Shown in pieces: positions 57,032-64,000 of a DNA stretch of 64,000 nt; the stretch's first letter is position 1, and every line of letters begins with the position of its first letter. This DNA comes from a virus. The notes beneath the pieces were generated by a model, which ran no database searches, was not told the DNA's origin, and saw only the letters and a list, made by a program, of their open reading frames with translations. The DNA is taken from IMG/VR virus record IMGVR_UViG_3300028829_004116, positions 1 through 64,000 of that record; one strand, 5' to 3'. The translations under genes were made by a program, and so were the position numbers.

Positions 57032-57702
57032 ATCATGTGTTCTCCTTTTCCAATAACAATTGCTTCTTGATTAATAGGTCGCCAATTACGCAGGGTTCTA
57101 TTATCTGTTCCAGACCAAAAGGCATAACCAAAGGGATGAGTATGAATCCAACAACGGATAGGAATACTCATTCCTGTAACATTTACCCCGCCATAATCTA
57201 CATAACCCGGACTTCCACTATTCATAAATAGTTTTCCTTTACGGTCTACAATAACTGATACTTCAAGGCCCGGTAGAATACTGGTAGAAGCATTCCAAAT
57301 TGCATCTAAAAATCTACGGTCACGAGGAATATCTTCTCCTTTTCGCAATAAATGTCCCCAAACTTCATTAATTTCTTTTTGCCAGACTTCAGCAGGAATA
57401 TCTGTATGTTGAACATTTAGTGGGCCTTTTGGTTCTGTTCCACGGAAAAAGGAACTCATAGCCCCTCCTTCGTATTTAGGTTCAACTTTAGCACCGTAAG
57501 TTTGTAGGGTTTCTTGAACCCATTCGGTGTTATCTTCTTCACGAATTATTGCTACAACTTCATACCTTGAGTTGATAACTAATTCATCAATGTATTCCGC
57601 ATCGTTCTCAGGTTCCCAAGTTTCATAGAACAAGTCTATCATATCCTCGGTCACTTCTTCTTCATGTCCAATTATTTCTTCTCTTACTATTTTATCACTC
57701 AT
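56965..57702 (-). CDS. JAB/MPN+ metallopeptidase with acidic N-terminal extension
   Basis: LEVSV (catalytic Glu), WIHTHP...WSGTD (HxH-x7-SxxD). Confidence 0.85.
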   Translation of the reverse strand: MSDKIVREEIIGHEEEVTEDMIDLFYETWEPENDAEYIDELVINSRYEVVAIIREEDNTEWVQETLQTYGAKVEPKYEGGAMSSFFRGTEPKGPLNVQHTDIPAEVWQKEINEVWGHLLRKGEDIPRDRRFLDAIWNASTSILPGLEVSVIVDRKGKLFMNSGSPGYVDYGGVNVTGMSIPIRCWIHTHPFGYAFWSGTDNRTLRNWRPINQEAIVIGKGEHMIWEKTTEGERMTKIVDREAFEL

Positions 57703-58277
57703 GCGCTCACCACAATATGTTTTGGAGTATAATCTCCAGCAAAGAATCTTTGAACCCATTGTGCGCCATAACCTGCAACCGCTACATGAGTAAAGTGGAC
57801 TCCTTGATTACTTTTATCCCAATTATCACCTTGACATGAAAAAGAACCTTCCGGTCCTGCTGTTAATGTCGAGTAAAGTTTCGGGTCTTCATCCGAACTT
57901 ACAAGCAAACCGGCTCGACCCTGCGCTCTCAAATCAAGCCATCTAATGCCTGATTTATAAAGCATCTTTCGCACATCTAAGTTATCAGCACAACATATAA
58001 CTAAGTCATACCCTTCAATTTGAGAAGGTGTAAGAACCTTATATGGTTGAGATTTAAAGACAAATCTTTGTGATAGTGCTTCTGCTTTATTCAAGCCAAC
58101 ATCATCAGCATCAAAGTTTTGATAACTTAGGTTTTTCATTTCAACAACATCAGGGTCATACACTGTAATGTCGTATAACCTCGTAGTTGTAATCATTCTA
58201 TTTGGTCTATCTAATAGTGAAATCAAGTAAGACCCAATTCCACCGCATCCAATAATCATTATTTTATTTTTCTTCAT
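57699..58277 (-). CDS. ThiF/E1-like adenylyltransferase
   Basis: IIGCGGIGS, DPDVVEMKNLSYQ, NKAEAL, CADN..R, SFSCQ. Confidence 0.9.
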   Translation of the reverse strand: MKKNKIMIIGCGGIGSYLISLLDRPNRMITTTRLYDITVYDPDVVEMKNLSYQNFDADDVGLNKAEALSQRFVFKSQPYKVLTPSQIEGYDLVICCADNLDVRKMLYKSGIRWLDLRAQGRAGLLVSSDEDPKLYSTLTAGPEGSFSCQGDNWDKSNQGVHFTHVAVAGYGAQWVQRFFAGDYTPKHIVVSA

Positions 58278-58876
58278 ACATATTTCCCCATTTTTTTTAC
58301 ATGTCGCCATACGGTATTTTCACTTACATGAAACATTCTTGCTACCTTACCGTATGACAAGTCGGTAGCCAAATATATACAGGACATGAGAACTTCTTTC
58401 GTTATTTTCATGTCATCAGATACATAGGTAATTAATTTCTTCGCATTCAAATTATGTGTATCACAGAACTCATGCGCCTCTTCAACTGAATAAACTAAGT
58501 CTATGTTGAAAATGTTCTGTAATCTTTTAACAACGGTTTTAGCCCTGCGTGTTTTAACCCCCATGAAGCCGCCCAACTTTGCTAAATTGAGCGACTTGTT
58601 GTTAAGGAACACTACTGCTACTGATAGTTCCGACATAGTATAATTACCCTTGAGTAAGGCAACATAAGATGAGCGAAACATTTTTTTAATTTCTTCTGTT
58701 TTTTCTATTCCAAATTCACTACAAATTAGAGATAATTCTACTAAGTTTCTATCCACTTTAACGGAATTATTTATCTCCATAATTCTCGAAACATTAATAA
58801 AATTACAAGCCTCGCATACATAGAGGTTTATCTCCTTGTCGAATTTATTTCTACCGGAACAATATAGACAAGGCAT
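58274..58876 (-). CDS. transcription factor TFB/TFIIB-like protein
   Basis: N-terminal Zn ribbon CLYC...YVCEAC; two cyclin-like helical repeats; C-terminal HTH SYGKVARMFHVSENTVWRHVKKM. Confidence 0.7.
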   Translation of the reverse strand: MPCLYCSGRNKFDKEINLYVCEACNFINVSRIMEINNSVKVDRNLVELSLICSEFGIEKTEEIKKMFRSSYVALLKGNYTMSELSVAVVFLNNKSLNLAKLGGFMGVKTRRAKTVVKRLQNIFNIDLVYSVEEAHEFCDTHNLNAKKLITYVSDDMKITKEVLMSCIYLATDLSYGKVARMFHVSENTVWRHVKKMGKYV

Positions 58877-60137
58877 CCCAATCGACTCTATTTTTTATTT
58901 TGTATCTTTCATATCCTCTTAGGGTTGAAACTTGGGAAAAGGTATGAACATCGTTTAACAATGCCATAGACCTTGCCGCAAATTGGTCTCCAATTGAAAT
59001 ACCTGTATGTGCTTGGTCGATACATATTGGTCCGAAAAGATAGTATTTTTTACCGGATTTTTTATCTGACCACAGTTGGTCTGCCCTAACATTAGGTAGT
59101 CCAGTATCACTATTCGCCTCATACACAGGTGTACCGTTTTGTTTTGTTATTTTAAAATTACTTATACAAAACACAGCGTATGTAGAAACATCTTGTCTTC
59201 CTGCCTTATAGCCTCTATCGACTACCAACCAATCTAAGTTCTTTCCCCTAACTGCCATGCTTTGTTTTTCAACTTTATCAATAATCATAGCCTTTTCGAA
59301 GATTTTACCCTTGAACCTTTCTGTGAGGTCTTTGAATAATTCCATGCTTCTTTTTTCGACAAGTGAAGACTTGCGATTTTGTTCCAAGAACGCATATACT
59401 ACTTGTATTTCGCTTTTGGATAAGAACTCTTCACGGGATAAGTAATATAGTTCTTCGGGACTTACACCTAAGAATTTGTTTTTATTCCCTCTACATGAAT
59501 TAATAAAAGACTTGATTTGAGTGTCTTTAAATTCCACCCACACGCCTTCATAAAGTTCAATTGCAGAATGTTCCTTTCCAGTTTTTTCTAAATTGAGAAG
59601 GGTGGTAATTTTATTATTATTATTATCAAAAAATGTGTATTCAATTTTGTTAACAATTGCTGAAGAGATTTTCGGGTCTGTTTCAATAATCATATCTACG
59701 AATTTACTAAACTTTTTCTCATCTTTACTGATAGCAAGTTTCATTAAAATACCGGGAACACAAGAATTAAGGCGGGTTTTAGTTAATTTATTACCGTTCA
59801 AATAGTATTTACCTTCATAGTGTTGAAAGATAACCTTGCCATATGCACTAAAAAATGCAAAGGTTTCTTGTCTTTTAAAGCAATTATTTAACAGTTTAAC
59901 GACGGTTCTGGCAAAATAATTTATAGTTTGGTCGTTTCCTTCCCTAACCGAATGGTCGTTAACACCCCGGTTTCTATAATATCTATATCCCCGATATTCC
60001 GTATGGGTAGAAACCGTAGAAATAAAGGTCGTCAGTTGTCTTTGTCTTGCAGTAATTGTAACACTGAAAGTTTGACCGCCCCCAGCCTTTACCCTTTTAA
60101 TTAATTTTGTTACGCTTTTAATTCCTTCTTCATTCAT
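58851..60137 (-). CDS. hypothetical protein, candidate E2-like conjugating partner
   Basis: Same operon as ThiF and JAB; C-terminal GPICID...GDQFAARSMALLND with an isolated Cys. Confidence 0.4.
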   Translation of the reverse strand: MNEEGIKSVTKLIKRVKAGGGQTFSVTITARQRQLTTFISTVSTHTEYRGYRYYRNRGVNDHSVREGNDQTINYFARTVVKLLNNCFKRQETFAFFSAYGKVIFQHYEGKYYLNGNKLTKTRLNSCVPGILMKLAISKDEKKFSKFVDMIIETDPKISSAIVNKIEYTFFDNNNNKITTLLNLEKTGKEHSAIELYEGVWVEFKDTQIKSFINSCRGNKNKFLGVSPEELYYLSREEFLSKSEIQVVYAFLEQNRKSSLVEKRSMELFKDLTERFKGKIFEKAMIIDKVEKQSMAVRGKNLDWLVVDRGYKAGRQDVSTYAVFCISNFKITKQNGTPVYEANSDTGLPNVRADQLWSDKKSGKKYYLFGPICIDQAHTGISIGDQFAARSMALLNDVHTFSQVSTLRGYERYKIKNRVDWDALSILFR

Positions 60138-60369
60138 ATTCCTCATCCGCCTGTGCAAATCTAATTTGTTCTCGCAAGTAGCCATCACATAATTCTGTTA
60201 ACTTATCCTGCATTTGTTGTGCCATCCCCGGAATTGCATTTCTCATCAACCCCAACCAAACTCGGTGATGTTGGTTAATATATAATATTGGGTGTAGGCC
60301 ACCTTCATCCATAGTAATAGTCAAGGGTGGTAGTTCCATATCATCAACAATGTGAAATTCGATTCTCAT
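60130..60369 (-). CDS. hypothetical protein
   Basis: Packed ORF with ATGA overlap. Confidence 0.6.
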   Translation of the reverse strand: MRIEFHIVDDMELPPLTITMDEGGLHPILYINQHHRVWLGLMRNAIPGMAQQMQDKLTELCDGYLREQIRFAQADEEYE

Positions 60370-60566
60370 TGTTTATCCCCCAAGTCTTTTAGATATTCCA
60401 AGTGTGGCTTTTTCAGCGTTTGTCTACTTACCATCACATGAGGAAATTGCGTGTAAAGAACAGGCAATACCTCAAGTAATTTCTTTTCTTCTTCATATGT
60501 CTTAGTCCAAACCGAACCATTCGATTTGAAACTCGTCACTCTAAAAATTATATTTTCTTTCTCCAT
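60366..60566 (-). CDS. hypothetical protein
   Basis: AAGGAG SD. Confidence 0.55.
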   Translation of the reverse strand: MEKENIIFRVTSFKSNGSVWTKTYEEEKKLLEVLPVLYTQFPHVMVSRQTLKKPHLEYLKDLGDKQ

Positions 60567-60778
60567 ATTTTTTCATCTCCTTTACTTATACATTCATAAA
60601 TTGGGTTATTTTTTAGATACATGGCTACCTCCTGTGTTGTAGGTATTATTCTTCTTATTCGCCCGCCATGTGTGGGCAAATCAATTACTGCTGATATAAT
60701 TTGTTTATTGCTACGAGGTTCCCCATCCTCCATAACAGTATCAATTGGTATCAGTGCGTGTTTCTTTTTAAATTTCAC
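60548..60778 (-). CDS. winged-helix DNA-binding protein
   Basis: GEPRSNKQII...PTTQEVAMYL...KIW; GTG 60778 after GGTGGAG. Confidence 0.5.
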   Translation of the reverse strand: MKFKKKHALIPIDTVMEDGEPRSNKQIISAVIDLPTHGGRIRRIIPTTQEVAMYLKNNPIYECISKGDEKIWRKKI

Positions 60779-62645
60779 AGACTCCACCTGCACAAGCAAT
60801 TTCTCCCTTGAGGTCTGTATTGTCCTCAAGTTCAGTTATTTGTGTGAGGTCTACCTTATTCAAGGTTCCTACGAGTTCGTTGTATTGTTCTTCTGTGATT
60901 GTTTCAAATGGTGCTTGTTTGTATGAACCACCGTCATAAGGTAGTACGGAAAGACCGTTATAGTATTCACGGTTATTCCACATCCATTCTCCAACAAAAT
61001 CCCATTCTACATCCTTTAATGAAACGGTTGCAGAAACATTGTGGGTGTTAATGCCATCAACATGACCATTACGAACCCAAGTCTTTGAAAACAAACGGAT
61101 TCTTTCAAGGAGTGAAAGTGCTGACTCTTTACGAGTTGTAGAACCTTCGGGTGCTTTTTGAGGAATACTAATTACTGCCGTATCATGTGGCGAGAAGTAT
61201 TCATCTTCAACAAGTTGAGGGTGTTCATTAACAAGGTATGAGTAAATTGCCTCATTCTTTCCAACACGAATGCGTCTAATGTAGAAGTCATCGTGCCATG
61301 CGTGGATTCCGGAAGAAGTTCCTAAAACCAAACTGGTAGTTCCAGCAGGTTTGATACAGGTCAACCTACTCGCAGGTTTTATTCCAATTTTTTCTGCATA
61401 TATTCTATTAGTTTGCTTGATAACTTCTGTCCCATAATTCAATAAAGTTTCAGGATTTACCCCAAGTTTTTCATAAGTATTTGAGGCAATTCCCGTCATA
61501 CTTACACCTAAAAGTGCATCTTTTTCTGTTGCCTTTTTCCAACAATCTCGCAAATAATGGAAGTCAGAATAACCAGCCTGAAGAGTTCCTAATAATGCCG
61601 CTGCTTCGCATCGCCCATAGAAATCTAATTCCGAATCTACCGATGAAGCGTTAATTTCTGTAAGATTACAGAACTGATATGGTCTCAAAGCAATCTCGCA
61701 ACACGGGTTTGTTCCCCAATCTTTGTCATTACTAAAGTAAATACCCGGTTCTCCTGCTCCAGATTCCTGAATTCGTTTCCACAGTCCCAAAAAGAACGGT
61801 TTTGTTACACGATTTCTAATTAAAACTGCTGAATTATTTGCTCTCCCACGCTGAGGATTTTGTTCCCACCATGTTCCACTTTTACATGAAATCATATCTT
61901 TATCGTCAGCACTAAATAATGAAATTAATGCGGCTCTACGAATACCACCTGCAAGAACTGAGTCTGCAATATGACACATCATGTCGTGAACTTCGATAGG
62001 TTTTAGTGAATAACCATCAGGTTTTCCTAATAAAAGATTCTCAATCTTAACTAAACATTCCCGCAAAGGTGCAGGGCCGGGAGCCTTTCCACCACTTGTG
62101 ACTAATAGAGAACCCTTGACTCTAATATCCGAGTAATCAAATACGGGTGTGCTTAGATTTTGTCCCATGTAAGCCTTTAGTAGAATCTTAACTGCGTCTG
62201 CCCACCCTTCGATAGAGTCGCTAACTAAATATCGTCGCTTCTTATCAGGACTTGGTTTACGGATTAAAGGCAATCTTTCAACATGGTGTCTTTGGACAGA
62301 ATATCCAACTCCAGTTCCACCAAGAAGTAGAAACATTGCTTCGGAAAAACATTCCAAAGAATCAACAGGCATATATGCACAATTATAGATTCGATTCGGT
62401 GAAATTTCAATTGACTTTCCACCAAATTGTAGGCTACGCATTGAAGGCAAAACTTTCTTCTTCAACACATAATTTTCATACAACTTTCGTATATCTCCCT
62501 CAAGTTGAGGGTAATGTTGAATGTGCATATTCATGTTTCGTTCACACAGTTCATCCCATGTTTCTCTTCGTAATTTGTCCTTTTGATACTTGGCATACTT
62601 CATATGTACGGTAATATCGCTCAAAATGTCTGTTTCTTTGTTCAT
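60768..62645 (-). CDS. nrdJ: class II (B12-dependent) ribonucleotide reductase
   Basis: PSMRSL, NCAY, GGIRRAA, TNPCCEI, CNL, TCIKPAGT, C-terminal ACAGGVC. Confidence 0.92.
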   Translation of the reverse strand: MNKETDILSDITVHMKYAKYQKDKLRRETWDELCERNMNMHIQHYPQLEGDIRKLYENYVLKKKVLPSMRSLQFGGKSIEISPNRIYNCAYMPVDSLECFSEAMFLLLGGTGVGYSVQRHHVERLPLIRKPSPDKKRRYLVSDSIEGWADAVKILLKAYMGQNLSTPVFDYSDIRVKGSLLVTSGGKAPGPAPLRECLVKIENLLLGKPDGYSLKPIEVHDMMCHIADSVLAGGIRRAALISLFSADDKDMISCKSGTWWEQNPQRGRANNSAVLIRNRVTKPFFLGLWKRIQESGAGEPGIYFSNDKDWGTNPCCEIALRPYQFCNLTEINASSVDSELDFYGRCEAAALLGTLQAGYSDFHYLRDCWKKATEKDALLGVSMTGIASNTYEKLGVNPETLLNYGTEVIKQTNRIYAEKIGIKPASRLTCIKPAGTTSLVLGTSSGIHAWHDDFYIRRIRVGKNEAIYSYLVNEHPQLVEDEYFSPHDTAVISIPQKAPEGSTTRKESALSLLERIRLFSKTWVRNGHVDGINTHNVSATVSLKDVEWDFVGEWMWNNREYYNGLSVLPYDGGSYKQAPFETITEEQYNELVGTLNKVDLTQITELEDNTDLKGEIACAGGVCEI

Positions 62646-62959
62646 GCTTTTTCACTCCTTTCTTCTACTTTATCAACCTTTACTTGCCAGATTTTGACAA
62701 CTCTTTTTACCCCCAAACCACTGTTCGTTGATTCTTCTCCAACGGCTTCAAAGGGACCCTTAGATAATACATTTACGAGTGCGTTAATCTGCAATCCGTG
62801 TTTAGTATTATCGTTTAACCAGTAGTAAATATCGAGAGTATTTGCTTGACCTCCGGCCATAGATAAATACTCAGTAATCCACTGAATAAACTTTTTATGT
62901 TTGTTATTACCAACAGCGGGTGCTGGTCTTTCATGTAATTTTATTCTTCTATTATTCAT
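62642..62959 (-). CDS. winged-helix DNA-binding protein
   Basis: GAGGTGA SD before ATG 62959; NTLDIYYWL...INALVNVLSK...KIW. Confidence 0.55.
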   Translation of the reverse strand: MNNRRIKLHERPAPAVGNNKHKKFIQWITEYLSMAGGQANTLDIYYWLNDNTKHGLQINALVNVLSKGPFEAVGEESTNSGLGVKRVVKIWQVKVDKVEERSEKA

Positions 62960-62980
62960 TTTAATCACCTCAATAATAAG

Positions 62981-63064
62981 TGGCGGGGGTGGGATTCGAA
63001 CCCACGAAGCAATACGCACCGGAATTTAAGCCCGGCCCCTTTGACCGTACTTGGGAACCCCGCC
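62981..63064 (-). tRNA. tRNA-Leu(TAA)
   Basis: Acceptor GGCGGGG/CCCCGCC-A, anticodon arm CCGGG-CTTAAAT-TCCGG, long variable arm, GTGGG-TTCGAAT-CCCAC. Confidence 0.92.
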
Positions 63065-63076
63065 CTTATTATTTAT

Positions 63077-63385
63077 TTATTCTTCACCCTCTTCAACTTT
63101 AGGGTGACAGTTACATTCGCAAGAATCTTCACAAACTCTTACAGGTGCTTTACCAACAGCAAGGCGGTAGCATCCAAAATCCATTCGTTGAAACTTTTTA
63201 CAGCCTCCACCATTTTCACATTGATAACGGAAAACAGGGGCATCTGGCTTTGAGCAAGCACAAAGTTGTCGCTCGCAATCTGCCCACGGTTTTTTTAATT
63301 CTAATCTCGTACCATTAACTGTCAGCACATTCTTCTTGTCTTTACTTACAAATCTTTCATAATTCATCATATTATATTCCTCCAT
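63077..63385 (-). CDS. Cys-rich hypothetical protein
   Basis: Ten Cys in 102 aa. Confidence 0.55.
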   Translation of the reverse strand: MEEYNMMNYERFVSKDKKNVLTVNGTRLELKKPWADCERQLCACSKPDAPVFRYQCENGGGCKKFQRMDFGCYRLAVGKAPVRVCEDSCECNCHPKVEEGEE

Positions 63386-63549
63386 ATTATTTGGTTATCC
63401 TTTTTAATGGCGATAACTTTCCATTCTGTTGCATAAATTTGGTTGGTATTATTATCAACCTGCAAGTTACAACACTTACATATTCTATATCCCCGTAGGG
63501 TTTCTTTCAGTATTAATACTGTATCGCAGTTAAAACATTTTATCATCAT
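63367..63549 (-). CDS. small Zn-ribbon protein
   Basis: GAGGT SD; CFNC...CKCC. Confidence 0.55.
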   Translation of the reverse strand: MMIKCFNCDTVLILKETLRGYRICKCCNLQVDNNTNQIYATEWKVIAIKKDNQIIWRNII

Positions 63550-63568
63550 TTTAATTACCTCGAATAGG

Positions 63569-63643
63569 TGGACAATACCGGATTTGAACCGGTGGTCGCT
63601 CGGTTATGAGCCGAGTGCATTAACCATACTATGCTAATTGTCC
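63569..63643 (-). tRNA. tRNA with CAT anticodon (Ile2-like; elongator Met not excluded)
   Basis: Acceptor GGACAAT/ATTGTCC-A; anticodon arm CTCGG-CTCATAA-CCGAG; ACCGG-TTCAAAT-CCGGT. Confidence 0.9.
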
Positions 63644-63645
63644 AT

Positions 63646-63720
63646 TGGCGGGCATATCAGGAATCGAACCCGAATCTTCGGCTTAGAAGGCCAAAATGCT
63701 ATCCATTACACCATATGCCC
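63646..63720 (-). tRNA. tRNA-Arg(TCT), CCA encoded
   Basis: Acceptor GGGCATA/TATGCCC-G-CCA; anticodon arm TTGGC-CTTCTAA-GCCGA; 2 nt upstream of the CAT tRNA. Confidence 0.92.
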
Positions 63721-63727
63721 AATTGAT

Positions 63728-63988
63728 TCATTCTTCTTCCCATTTCCTCCAACTATCATCGGGTTCAACAGGGGTATCTACTCTTTTTAGAATACCATAT
63801 TCCTCACCTTTTGCAAGAAACCATTTTATTTCTTTAGGAGAATATTTTTCTTTATTATCCATAACTTCAGGTAGCATATCCATATATATTTCTACTTCAG
63901 CACTTTCAAAGGATGGGTAGGTTAACATGGTCTTGAAACCAGCAATTGAACCTTCCCTCTTCTCTACCTTCTGTATTTTGCTCATCAT
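63728..63988 (-). CDS. hypothetical protein
   Basis: ORF ends just upstream of tRNA-Arg. Confidence 0.55.
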   Translation of the reverse strand: MMSKIQKVEKREGSIAGFKTMLTYPSFESAEVEIYMDMLPEVMDNKEKYSPKEIKWFLAKGEEYGILKRVDTPVEPDDSWRKWEEE

Positions 63989-64000
63989 AATGTGTGATTT

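Noticed and set aside
44126-62645. Inteins or introns in PolB, RFC, helicase or RNR
   Set aside because: Protein lengths and motif spacing are normal and no intein termini were seen.
62960-63019. N-terminal extension of ORF 62642-63019, plus ORFs overlapping tRNAs (63041-63253, 63443-63637)
   Set aside because: They overlap tRNA genes; a better start is ATG 62959 with a GAGGTGA SD.
1-64000. Alternative genetic code, integrase/att site or terminase
   Set aside because: Coding density is high under the standard code with all three stops used. No integrase or terminase motifs were found; the terminase is presumably outside the window.

Overview
This window is part of a low-GC tailed archaeal virus genome (Caudoviricetes). 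Its gene content points to a Magrovirus-like virus of Marine Group II/Poseidoniales; the host call is an inference. Two arms converge near 38.2 kb. The + arm (1-38141) is morphogenesis: probable portal 3' end, head genes including an ATP-dependent DNA ligase, prohead protease-scaffold, major capsid protein, adaptor, tail tube, -1 frameshifted tail chaperones, tape measure, tail tip/fibre genes and membrane proteins. The - arm (38301-64000) is replication and host takeover: DnaQ-like exonuclease, MCM-like ATPase, ERCC4 nuclease, fused primase, Cas4-like and HNH nucleases, PolB, PCNA, Sak4-like ATPase, RPA-like SSB, RFC subunits, GroEL/GroES, a histone-fold protein, a JAB/ThiF/TFB/E2-like cluster, class II RNR and three tRNAs. 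The most notable pattern is a short tag, M-(x)-W-x-x-[ILT]-[LI]-(x)-K. It begins at least seven otherwise mostly unrelated late-arm proteins and occurs once internally. It resembles both the scaffold C-terminal motif (MSWNEV) and the ILK|A site near the capsid N-terminus. This suggests a capsid-targeting and protease-release system for swappable virion cargo, analogous to the phage T4 capsid targeting sequence. All protein calls come from motif recognition by eye; no searches were run.
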